Positions 23,600-35,266 of a stretch of DNA of 64,000 bases are shown here, one piece after another. The stretch is from Octopus vulgaris (lineage: Eukaryota). The stretch covers positions 92,876,001-92,940,000 of the forward strand of contig OX597814.1 of the NCBI GenBank assembly GCA_951406725.2, written 5' to 3'. A program made the position numbers and the translations under genes. Each line of letters opens with the position of its first letter. Positions within the stretch are counted from its first letter, which is position 1. The notes below the pieces were generated by a model, which worked only from the letters and a program-made list of their open reading frames with translations, had not been told where the DNA came from and made no database searches.

Positions 23600-24645
23600 G
23601 TAGCGACCTGAGGTTGTCGATTCCTTCGTCTACCTTGGAAGCTCTGTTCAAAATGATGGAAATCTTGATACAGAAATACAGCTGTGAATTCATAGGGCAG
23701 CAAAAGCATTTGGTGGCTTGGAGTCACGAGTTTGGTGCCAGTAACATATAAATAAGAATACAAAGCTGGCTCTTTACAAATCATTTGTCTTACCAACCCT
23801 GTTGTATTGCTGTGAAACTTGGACTTGTTATGAAAGGCATTTTAAATTGTAAGAACAATTCCACCAAAAATGCCTTCATCGCATATTAAACATTAAATGG
23901 AGTTCTTTTACTCCAAACACAGATGTCCTTGCATCTGCAGGCAACACCTCAATTAAAGCTATGATTTTGAGGAACCAAATGAGATGGTGTGGCCATATTG
24001 TTCGAATGACAGATGAACGCATGCCGAAACAGCTGTTTTATGGTGAGCTTGCAAAGGGTAAAAGCTATTGGTGTAAACCTAAAAAAAAGTTTAAGGATGG
24101 CATAAGGACTACTATGAAGTCACTTGAAATGGTTCCAAAAGATATAGAAACTCTTGCTTCGGATCGAGTTGGATGGCAAACAAAAGTGTGGAGTGGAGTG
24201 AAAGCATTTGAAGAGGCCAAGATAATGCAAGTAAGACTCAAAAAAGATCTAAGGAAGAATTTAACGATCGAGAAGGTGAATGATAACGACCTTTTTGTGT
24301 GCACAGTCTGTGACAGACCAAGCCTGTCTTTTGCTGGCCTCAAATCTCATCTGCGAACGCATGAAAAATGAGCCCCCACCAACTATTCTGCCTATATGTC
24401 TGCAAACCTTTCAATGCAGTGTATGCCAGAAGGTTTGCAAACCCAACGGAGGCTCAAAAGATATTTTAAGATCCACAAAGATCAGAACTTATCTGCAACT
24501 CTTGGTGGTCCAAATCAGATGTGCAATCTATGTGGGTGTCTTTTCAGATCATTGTCTGGTTTAAAAAGCCACATCAGATGCCATGATAGTGCTAAGGTGT
24601 AGGTACAGGAGGTGGTCAAACTCTGCATAAGAGTAGACAACCACC
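23600..24645 (+). mobile_element. RTE-clade LINE 3' fragment ending in C2H2 zinc fingers
   Basis: LLYCCETW..., QMRWCGHIVRMTDERMPKQLFYGEL, CTVCDRPSLSFAGLKSHLRTH, CNLCGCLFRSLSGLKSHIRCH; flanked by (TATG)n. Confidence 0.85.
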
Positions 24646-25039
24646 ATGTATGTATGTCTCTTCTATTTTTTAATTATCATAAATCTTCTATTGAGGAAGA
24701 AACCAGTTTCCAACAAAGATACAAAGCTCTTGCATGCATGCATGCATGTATGTATGTATGTATGTATGTATGTATGTATGTATGTATGTATGTATGTATG
24801 TATGTATGTATGTATGTATGTATGTATGTATGTATGTATGTATGTATGTATGTATGTATGTATGTCATTATTTAGTTTTATTTCAAGATTTCTTGCCAAT
24901 AGAGAAAGAGTCGGTTTCTAACCTAGATCCAAGGCTCTTTCATTGGGATTTCAACATTATCAACAGGGTATTTTTGTATGTACGTATGTGTGTGTGCGTG
25001 TATGTATACGTGCAGATTTGTAAGTTTTGTTTTATAATC

Positions 25040-25897
25040 AAAATCAAATCAAATCAAATCAAACCAAATCAAAATAGATGAACATCAATGGAATTTGTAT
25101 CTTTGTGGTACCAGTACCGGTGGCACGCAAGAAAACCATCCGAACGTGGCCGTAGCCAGTACCGCATCGACTGGCCTCTGTGATGTGGGCACATAACAAA
25201 CACCATCCGATCATGGCCGTCCGCCAGCCTCATCTGGCACCTGTGTCGGTGGCACATAAAAACACCAACCGAAGACCCGGCAGGACTAGTCAGGCCATAA
25301 CCCGTGGCCCCTACCTGGGACGTAGTCAGTCCACCTGTGCATACCTTCCTTCTTGTGACACTTGTGAAGACCTGTTGAGGCAAGTGAAAATCAAATCAAA
25401 TCAAAACAAATCAAAATAGATGAACATCAATGGAATTTGTATCTTTGTGGTACCAGTGCCGGTGGCACACAAGAAAATCATCCGAACGTGGCCGTAGCCA
25501 GTACCGCATAGACTGGCCTCCGTGCTTTGGGGACGTAACAAACACCATCCGATCGTGGCCGTCCGCCAGCCTCATCTGGCACCTGTGTCGGTGGCACATA
25601 AAAACACCATCCGAGCGTGGCCGTCTGCCAGCCTCGTCTGGCACCTGTGTCGGTGGCACATAAAAACACCATCCGAGCGTGGCCGTTCGCCAGCCTCGTC
25701 TGGCACCTGTGTCGGTGGCACATAAAATCACCCACTACACTCTCGGAGTGGTTGGCGTTAGGAAGGGCATCCAGCTGTAGAAACACTGCCAGATCTGACT
25801 GGCCTGGTGCAGCCTTCGGGCTCCCCAGACCCCAGTTGAACCGTCCAACCCATGCTAGCATGGAAAACGGACGCTAAATGATGATGATGATGATGAT
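25040..25897 (+). repeat. Tandemly amplified composite SINE-like repeat with (TGA)n tail, ~340-bp outer and ~60-bp inner repeats
   Basis: aatagatgaacatcaatggaatttgtatc at 25073 and 25415; ggcacctgtgtcggtggcacataaaa repeated; tail ggaagggcatccagctgtagaaac...catggaaaacggacgctaaatgatgatg. Confidence 0.8.
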
Positions 25898-26279
25898 GTA
25901 TGTCTTCTCATGCATATAGTTGCATATCTACATATGCTTATGTATGTATGCATGTATGTATGTATGTATGTATTTTTCATGAAGTTATTAAATCGCATGA
26001 CAATAGTAATAACAAATGCGTTTATGTGATATTTTTGTCCAAGAGGCAAGTTGCCCTTTGTTGTAGTTTTAATCCATTTTTTGTTTGTAACAATCAGTTT
26101 CCATTTTTGTGAAATTTTTGACAGGACAAGTCACCTTTAAGAGAAAAATTACTGCTTTAAAAATTAATTTTATTCGAATGAATGAAAGCAACATGCATTA
26201 TGTGTTGACAGAAGTCAGCATCACTAATTAAAGAAGGATTCCGATGACATGCAATGGAAAATCAACATTTTTTCAGTTA

Positions 26280-27025
26280 AAGGTGTTTTTCCATATCCAA
26301 TAGAGGAGGATATGTTAATTAGTCAAAATGCTTCTTAAATTAGGAATCCATACCTATCATTCTTACATACTATGATTATATTCAGTTTGATGAGTCGAAT
26401 ATTTTTGTGAAAGAATTTACACCGGAGCAGAAAGTCTAATTAAGACCTAATTAACGATCTAATTAAAGATTCCTTATTGTCTTCCAATACCTGGGATGTT
26501 TCTTAATTTCTTCCTTCCATGTTAACTGGGTCTAAGACATGTTTCTATGTTGCATTCATCACGTAGCTTGAAAACAGTGTTTCTGTATGTTGCCTCTTAA
26601 TTAGTGTATAGTGATTAGTAGAAAATGCTTCTTAAATTAGAAATCCATACCTAAAATGGTTCTTAAGTGACATGAATAGATTCAGTTGGGTTTAGTGAAC
26701 ATTTCTGCGAAGTAATTGATGCTGGAGCAGAAAGTCTAATTAATTTCTAATTTCGTGTCTAATTAAAACTCCTTAATTTGTTTTTCCATACCCGTTTTTT
26801 CTTAAGTTTTCATTTAAGTATCACTTGCGTCTAAAGAGTAATAGTCAATGTAATTCATTACTGGAGCTTAAAGTCTAATTAAATGAATTATTTATGCAAG
26901 TTGATTATCTCAAAATTAATTAATCCATACCTAGGCATACTTAAGAATCACGTTTCATGGTATTAGGACCATTTGTACACATATTGTGCCCTGCTAGTAT
27001 TTTGGAGCTTCAAGTCTAATTAAAT
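26280..27025. repeat. Diverged ~140-160-bp tandem satellite
   Basis: aagtctaattaa at about 26432, 26731, 26870 and 27011; atccatacct at about 26346, 26643 and 26923. Confidence 0.6.
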
Positions 27026-29160
27026 CAGGACTGGCTCCTGCGTTATATCAAAGGTTTATTACTTTACGTATATCGGGCTTAAGTCGCCAGTTATTTCTGT
27101 TTAGTTCATTCAGATTCGTTTAACACTCATTGCAGAGATTCTTTTGTTGTTCTTTCACCGGAAGTCCTTTTCATTGCTGACCAACTTCCTAGCTAGCCCA
27201 CAGCGAAGTTCCTGTCTACAGTTCGCCTGTCATGAATCCTACCCTACATAGCTCCTCCACCCCACAGAACTGCTGACTCTCATTGGAAATGAGAAGGCGT
27301 TTTAACTGTCCTGCCCATGCGTGTGGTTACTCGATTCTTTGGTGGCTGTTTCATGTCAAGGGTTGGTGTGATCTGCCTAGGGCGGCCCCTGTTTGATGGC
27401 TGGGCTACCTGAACGGGGAGATGGACTGGTTTCACTCTATCGTTGGAGACTGTGTCTTGTCATCCACTAATTAGGAGTTGGAATGTTTTATCTCCCGGAT
27501 GTGACTTGATATGGACCATCGTGGGATGGCTGGAGGGGTTTTCGTCATCTGTCACGTCTAACGAACACAAAGTTAGCCGTGTGGAGGTCATTTGGTATGG
27601 ATGATCTGGGTGTATCGTGTGTCGACATGGGAGCAGGGCGCAACTGGCCCACGCTGTCTCTCAGTTGAGCAAGGTACCTTTTGACATCCAGGTCTGACTT
27701 CGTATTCGGAAGGAACTTTCCTGGCACTGTTAGAGGGGCATCATACACTATTTCCGCGGAGCAAGTGTTGAGATTTTCTTTTGGGGCAGTGCGGATTCCC
27801 AGCATCACCCATAGGAGTTAGTCAATCCAACTTGGCCCATTAAGTCTGGTTGTCAGGGATTCCTTCACTAATCCATTGGTCTGTGGGTGGTAGGCTGTTG
27901 TGCGGTTCATTGTGATTCCGAAAAGGTCACACATGTCGTTCAACAGCTTTGAGGTGAACTGTGGACCCCGATCGGATGAGATGCTGTCTGGGACACCGAA
28001 ACGGGTGACCCAGTTTGAGATGAAGGCTCAGCTGGCTTCCTGTGTTTCCGTGCTGTGGAGAGGGATAGCCTCAGGCCAACGGATATAGTGGTCTATCAAA
28101 GTCAGTAGATGCGAGCAACCCTGTGAAGATGGTCTATGTTGACATAGCTGAATCGAGTCTGAGATGGTTCATAGTTGCCGAGGGGTGCTTTGGTGTGTTG
28201 ATGGACCTTGGTTTGTTGACAAGGGATGCAGGCCCTGGTCCAGTCCCCGATTTACTTGGCCATACCGTGCCAGATAAATTTGCTTGACAGCATCCGCCAT
28301 GTGGATTTAGTACCTGGGTGGGAAAGTCCGTGAATGACGTCGAAAATTTTCTTGCGCCAGTCTGATGGGATGATCAGTCGTGGCTTTCCAGTGGGTTGTG
28401 CCGTTAAAGCCAAAGTGTACATCCTGCAAAGAAAGTGATGTAATGGCAGTGCGGGAGGCCCTGATCTTGTCATCTGTCTGTTGGGTTGCAGCCATAGATT
28501 CATAATCCAAGCCTTCCGTTTTTGGTGCTAAGTAGGGGTGAGAGCAGGTAGGAGCACGAGAGAGTGTATCGAAACTGGGTCCAAGCTGACATATGAGGAT
28601 GGAACAGCATGGTTGCTTGGGCCAGGGCTTGTTTTTTGGATTCGAAGGCTGAAGTCATTGTACTATCCCACTCCACCTGTCTTTTTGAACCCTCTTTTGA
28701 CAGTGCCTTGTATAGAGGTTTCATCACTCTTGCTGCAGAAGGGATGAAGCAATGGTAAAAGTTTACCATGCCCACAAATTGATGTAGAGCCTTGCTTGTA
28801 GTTGGGGCATGGAAAGAATAGGATAGCTTTCACTTTTTCTGGCAGGGTGTAGCGCTGGCACTTGTGATTCAATGTCTTAAGAAGTCGATTTCTGTCGCAC
28901 TAAAAACGCATTTGGCAGGGTTGATTACTAAAGCATACTGTTCCAGCCTATCAAAAAGTGTTACTAGGTGCTTCTTATGAAGCTCTGCATTTTGGCCTGC
29001 AATAAGGATATCATCTAAGTTTGCAAATACAAAATTGAGACCTCTGCACAGTGTCCATGAGGTGTTAGAAGGGTTGTGCTGTGTTTTTCAGCCCAAAGGG
29101 TGTACGTGCAAACCAAAAGGAGTGATCACAGCGGTTTTTGGTACATCATCATCTTGTAAT
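27025..29160 (-). mobile_element. Degraded Ty3/Gypsy (CsRn1-like) retrotransposon: RT, RNase H, integrase, PPT and 3' LTR
   Basis: DDVPKTAVITPFGL, LDDILIAG, GMVNFYHCFIP, IHGLSHPGTKST, SDRGPQFTS, LGIRTAPKENL. Purine tract followed by TGTAGGG at 27248; AATAAA near 27055. Many frameshifts. Confidence 0.88.
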
Positions 29161-29163
29161 GGT

Positions 29164-30002
29164 ATTACAAGACATACCTGCAGCTGCATGTGGCTGAGAG
29201 ACTGTGGAAATATCAGCTGGTAAGGTATAAGGGACGGACGTACTGCCTGACCAGGTTGGGATTCAGGTTGAATTCAGCACCGATGATTATGGCGACAATT
29301 CTCAAGACCATCATGGGAAAGGCTGACAAAGTGAAAAGAGCCACCAATTCCTATATCGATAACATTCTGGTGGATGAGAGCATAGTGTCGGCAAAAGAGG
29401 TCATAAGCCACCTGAAGAGTTTTGGGCTAACCGGAGACAATGGAGGGAGGAGCTGCCCTGGGACTCAAGCTACGGAGAGACAAGGCTGGCGTGTTAGTGT
29501 TTCAGAGAGGGAATGAGATCCAAGAACTGGGTTTAAAGACGAGCAGGCAGGAACTGTTTTCTGTGTGTGGGAAGCTGCTGATGACACTACCCGATTGTAG
29601 GATGGCTCTGGACGGCATGCAGCTTCATCAAGAGGTGAGCTGGAGTGAGGTGGAGTGATAACGTGGGCGAGAAGACAACCGCCATAATGCAAGACGTCTT
29701 GGAGAGGGTGACTGCGGAGGACCCAGTAAGAGGAAACTGGTATGTGCCCAAATTGAAGAAGGGGATTGTGTGGTGTGATGCCAGCAGCATAGCGACGGGA
29801 GTTGTCCTGGAAATTGGAGGTGTCGTGGTGGAGGATGAGGCCTGGCTTAGGAAGAAGGACGACTGCAACCTCATCAACGTGGCGGAGCTCGATGCCGTAC
29901 TGAAAGGGCTGAACCTGACCCTGTGGTGGGGGCTGCGTACCATCGAGATTCGGACCGATTCAACTACTGTACATAGGCGGGCGGGATCAGTGATCACAGG
30001 CA
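29164..30002 (+). mobile_element. Second Gypsy-type pol fragment (RT and RNase H) in opposite orientation
   Basis: YLQLHVAERLWKYQ...YCLTRLGFRLNSAPMIM...SYIDNILV; WCDASSIATGVVLE...INVAELDAVLKGL...TDS. Confidence 0.8.
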
Positions 30003-30299
30003 ACCTTCAGTCTTTTATTACTATCTATTTGAATATACTACAAATGAAGTGACTTCTATTGAAAACTGGTATTTCTAGTTTTTGCAACACTTTTGAATAG
30101 GTTATTGTATGCTAACAATTGGTTTTATGATTATAGCTTTTTTACAAACATACATGAATACATTTTTGTGTGGTGGACTATTCGTAAAGCTATTAAATCT
30201 CTTAACAACAACAAATCATTTAATTTCAAGATATTCCAAACAGTTTTTCAGCTTTATCATTTACATTGTTTGACAATGTTAATAAACTAATGTATTACA

Positions 30300-30872
30300 T
30301 ACTAGCAGTATAGCCCGGAGTTGCTCAAGTTTCTCTTTTTAGTTGCGCTTAAAACGGCAGACTTTGATGTCGCGTTAACAAAGTTCTGACATAGTTTCAA
30401 TCTATGAATAAAAGTATAGTGTGGCGATGCTCGAGTTTGCTTTGAATGTGCTGCAAATGTGTAATGCCAACTTCAATTGTTGCTATTGTTGGTTAATATT
30501 CCTTCTATTAACATTATGGAGAAAAAAATTACCCGTAGATTTAAAGCAAAATGAAGCTCAAGTTTCGAACTGCACTGAAAATCTATTAAGAAGCTAACAC
30601 TGCAACAGTATTCATTAAGAAAATATACACAGCAGTAAAAAAATCGTAAAAAATAGGGATTTTCAGAGGAAAAAGCACCTTTTTGATGGAAAGAATTTTT
30701 GGTCTTAACATGGTCCGATTTGAATTTTTTCTTCTACAGAATGAAGAGCAAGCCTTCTTCTATCATATTCTCAATTTTGGTCAACTTGCACCGCAGGGTC
30801 TTGGAGGAGATAGTGTTTGTTGAAGGCTACCAAACCTGCCACACACACACAACTTCAGCTTTATAGATATTA
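30300..30872 (+). mobile_element. Non-autonomous Helitron/Helentron-like element
   Basis: 5' actagcagtatagcccggagttgctc; 3' (CA)n-aacttcagctttatagatat. Confidence 0.55.
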
Positions 30873-30933
30873 ATTCATTCATAAACACAGTTAATATAAG
30901 GCAATATATAGTACAGTCGTTGATGAAATATGG

Positions 30934-31640
30934 TTACAGCACTTCACGATAGACAACGTTCGTTGTTCTTCCAGATGGAGCCAAAGCGAATAGGTTGTTC
31001 TGACTACCGACTCGGGAACATCCAACGTATAATTGTCCATGTAAGAAACATGGCTCCTGCAAATGAAGCCCTGCCACAGATAATGTCTGACCCTGTGATT
31101 TGTTTATGGACATGGCAAATGCAACACGTAGGGGAAACTCTGTCCTGAAACAGTAGGGTGCATCAGCTCCTGATGTCGTAAGTATAATCTTAGTTATTAA
31201 AACGCCCTCTCCCTTTCCACAACCGGAAAGAATTTTAGCATAAATGTTATCTGTTATTTTAGTTATTACAAGCTTTGTTCCGTTACAAAGCTTAGGTGGA
31301 GTGATATTTCTCAGAAGAATAACGGGACATCTTTCTTTGAGGGACAGTTGATGTTGAGGTAGCCCGGGAACATCAAGATCATTCAGATATTCAATTGTAA
31401 ATTTGGTGTCATCACGCCGGTCTACATTTGAATTAACTGACGTAAATGTTCTGATATTTCCAGGAAGGCTTTCAAGTAGCTGTTCATTTATACTGGAAAT
31501 AATAGCATTTGTAGGAGCTAATACAGCCCTTTCACATAGCCAATTGTGATTTCGGCAATTCTGTTGAATGTTTGGAAAAACGGATGCCTTTAGATCCTCT
31601 ACATTTTCAACCACCTCTTCGATGAAAACAAGCGAAATAT
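30934..31640 (-). mobile_element. Helitron RepHel PIF1-helicase C-terminal fragment
   Basis: WLCERAVLAPTN, GLPQHQLSLK, PVILLRNITPPKLCNGT, FPLRVAFAMSINKSQGQTL, HGQLYVGCSRV, TTNVVYREVL*. Confidence 0.92.
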
Positions 31641-32892
31641 ACACTGCCAGAAGTTCTTGTTGACAAACAACAGCAGTAATTTTATTCAGCTGAATACACG
31701 TCATTGATTGGTTGAAATTACTGAAATAGGCCAACTTTAACGTGAAATAACTTCGTAAATATAAGCTTTTCTCAAAAACGCTAAGAGTAAAAGATGTTTT
31801 ATATGACACATTCTACCAGTGTCCGAAATTTTAAAGTGTTTAGTTTAAAAAAATCATTTTTTAAATCTGTCGGTCAAAAGGTAAAGATCCAACAGATGTA
31901 AAACAACATGTAGTAAACGAAAATGGAAAAAAAAAATGCACGCTGATGAACGGGGAGAGGACTCGGAAAATTCACGCGATCAGTCTCACAGGATCCGAAA
32001 ACTCAACATTAACACCCGGTCACAAAAATGAAAAAAAAAAAAAATAGTGTAATAGGTGTAAAATAATGTGTAGTAAAAAAGAATTGCGCTGACGAACAGG
32101 GAAATGGCGAGAGGACTCGAACTTTCCCGATGTGAATTTTCCGAATTGTTCCCCCCCCCCCACTCACGTTCGCCAGTGCACATTTTTTTTTTCATATCTG
32201 TTTACTACGTGTTATTTTACACCTATAGCACTTTTTTTTTTTCCTTTTTGCTCAGGTCAACATGGATACGAAGAAAAACTGCACCGCATCCGTCCAGAAC
32301 CGCCGAAATGGCAAGAGTGGAGATGCAAGCCTTCAACACTGCGATTAATGGAGTGCCAAAACTTTTCTTTTGTAGGAGGCAAGAACATTCAAGAAAACCA
32401 TATCATGAGTTTACTCATGGTGTCTGACCGAGTGCCTAGCAGTTAAGCTTCTAATCACAACTATGCTGTCAATGACATATCAATATCATACAGTGTTGGA
32501 CAGTAAGCTGGCAGAATCGTTAGCACATCAGTCAAAATATTTAGTAACATTTCATCTTCATCCATCTGTATGTTCTTAGTTCAAATTCAGCTGAGATCGA
32601 ATTTGCCTTTCATCCTTTCAGAGATCAATAAAATAAGACCCAGTTGAACATTGGATTAGATGCCCTCCCCCAAAATCTGAAATGTATTATACAGAATCTG
32701 TATCTGTGTTAATTTTCATGTCATATACCAATAATAAAGCTTTCATGAACTTTTAATTCTGAGATTTTTATATTAATACAGTTAATTCGTTGTTAACAAC
32801 TAACAGTATGTGCAATACACGTTGTTTTATGAGATTTCAATGGCGCATTTATTCATTGAATAATTTGGAAGTATTTGGTTTGTGTAATATAT

Positions 32893-33514
32893 GGGGGTGC
32901 TGAAAAGTTCCTGGCTTTGGGTAAAATATATATATGTATATATATATGATCAGTTATGATTTTATTGAACATGTTCAGTTCTTAGATTCACTCTTATTGC
33001 AGTAGTCCTTCAGTTTTTCGGATCTTTTCGGTTTGAACGGCAGTTTTTTAAAATAATTTCCACGTAACTAAACACTTTTAAACTTCGTATACTGGTAGAA
33101 TGTGCTTATAAAACATCTTTTTCTCTTGGCTTTATTGAGAAAATTCTATAGTTTCTAAGATACTTGTTTTTTTTCTTCAATTTCAATCAATCAATGACGT
33201 CTATTGAGGTAAAAAAACATTCCGTGCCATATGAATATGTCCCTCGTTTAAGAAACAGATTGGGTTTATTTACATTTGTGAAGAAAAAAAAAAGACCCTT
33301 CCCCCACCCCTAACCCTAAAACAGATTGAAATGCAATCGATCGATACTAGGGTCATAATTATGGGTGACAATTTCATATGACACCGCTAGAAAAAACTGC
33401 CGTTCAAACTGAAAAGATCCGGTTTTTCCGAGACCTGTATAAGAACTTGGAAATTTGGACCTCCAACCAGGCCTTTTTGTGACACCCTTAAAGCAGGAAG
33501 TTTTCAGCACCCTC
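32893..33514. mobile_element. Mariner-like MITE containing a nested 28-bp-TIR MITE (33021-33419)
   Basis: Outer gggggtgctgaaaagttcctg / caggaagttttcagcaccctc; inner gatcttttcggtttgaacggcagttttt / aaaaactgccgttcaaactgaaaagatc. Confidence 0.8.
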
Positions 33515-34118
33515 ACATATGTGTAGTGTGAGGTGTTTTACTGGTTGTAGTATCAGTTATATCTGTCAAGGTGAATTCATTTTTGCAACATTCTGTTTAG
33601 TCTAACATGTCTGAATATTCATTATTGACTAGTATTAGTTTAATTCTTTCGATTTTTCATTTTTCTTTCTAAGCATCATTTGTTGGTGGACATTTAAAGA
33701 TTTGTTACAGAAGGTATTTCACTAGAAATCCCCAAATCAGAAAGAATGTAAGCTCTCATCAGTTGTTGATCTATAAAGCTCAAATAAGACCAACATTAGA
33801 ATGCTAGTGAAATTGCTGACTACATTAAAGTAAATAAATACAAATCTGGCTGATTAGCAAACACTCACCAACATATTGAATCCAGTCAGTTATAGAGATA
33901 CTAAATCTACGACAATGTCTCCTGCTTCTCTCAAATAGCTAATTATGTACTTCTTCCAACTAAATTCATCTGATGTACCTACCATTACATCATTCTACCA
34001 CCACCACCACAAAATACTTTTCTGAAACATTCTTCTTTCAAACTGCAACCCTTCGGAACTCCTGCTTTACAGAGAAAAAGTTGATTCACCGGCTGGAATA
34101 TATTACTTGAGCAATAGA

Positions 34119-35266
34119 CATCATCATCATCATTTAACGTCCGCTTTCCATGCTAGCATGGGTTGGACGGTTCAACTGGGGTCTGGGGAGCCCGAAAGCT
34201 GCACCAGTCCAGTCAGATCTGGCAGTGTTTCTACAGCTGGATGCCCTTCCTAACGCCAACCACTCCGAGAGTGTAGTGGGTGATTTTATGTGCCACCGAC
34301 ACAGGTGCCAGACGAGGCTGGCAGACGGCCACGCTCGGATGGTGTTTTTATGTGCCACCGACACAGGTGCCAGATGAGGCTGGCAAACGGCCATGATCGG
34401 ATGGTGTTTGTTACGTGCCCACAGCACGGAGGCCAGTCGATGCGGTACTGGCTACGGCCACGTTCGGATGGTTTTCTTGTGTGCCACCGGCACTGGTACC
34501 ACAAAGATACAAATTCCATTAATGTTCATCTATTTTGATTTGTTTTGATTTGATTTTATTTGATGTTGATTTTCACTTGCCTCAACAGGTCTTCACAAGT
34601 GTCACAAGAAGGAAGGTATGCACAGGTGGACTGACTACGTCCCAGGTAGGGGCCACAGGTTATGGCCTGACTAGTCTTGCCGGGTCTTCGGATGGTGTTT
34701 TTATGTGCCACCGACACAGGTGCCAGATGAGGCTGGCGAACGGCCACGATCGGATGGTGTTTGTTACGTGCCCACAGCACGGAGGCCAGTCGGTGCGGTA
34801 CTGGCTACGGCCACGTTCGGATGGTTTTCTTGTGTGCCACCGGCACTGGTACCACAAAGATACAAATTCCATTAATGTTCATCTATTTTGATTTGTTTTG
34901 ATTTGATTTTGATTTTCACTTGCCTCAACAGGCCTTCACAAGTATCACAAGGAGGAAGGTATGCACAGGTGGACTGACTACGTCCCAGGTAGGGGCCATG
35001 GGATATGGCCTGACTAGTCTTGCCGGGTCTTCGGATGGTGTTTTTATGTGCCACCGACACAGGTGCTAGATGAGGCTGGCGAACGGCCACGATCGGATGG
35101 TGTTTGTTATGTGCCCACAGCACGATGGCCAGTCGATGCGGTACTGACTACGGCCACGTTCGGATGGATTTCTTGTGTGCCACAGGCACTGGTACCACAA
35201 AGATACAAATTCCATTGATGTTCATCTATTTCGATTTGATTTGATTTTCACTTGCCTCAACAGGTC
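34119..35266 (-). repeat. Second tandemly amplified copy of the composite SINE-like repeat (~330-345-bp units, about 3 copies)
   Basis: tttcacttgcctcaacagg at 34571, 34915 and 35246; reverse complement of the 25040-25897 family. Confidence 0.85.

Noticed and set aside
25350-25395. CTGTTGA...GAAA as a hammerhead in the ~340-bp repeat; HDV/twister-like fold in ggactgactacgtcccaggtagggg
   Set aside because: The core deviates from CUGANGA and no stems I/III fit. I could not fit the HDV (no P1' before GG) or twister topology by eye.
25069-25877. Cys/His-rich ORFs (MCHRHRCQMRLADGH...) here and at 34134-35123
   Set aside because: They arise in several frames from a non-coding tandem repeat; no splice or domain support.
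27150-27170. CCGGAAGT ETS motif as the TXNDC16 promoter
   Set aside because: It lies within the inferred Gypsy 3' LTR (PPT followed by TG at 27248), so it cannot be assigned to the host gene.
33300-33320. ccctaaccctaa as an interstitial telomere
   Set aside because: Only two units, internal to a MITE.
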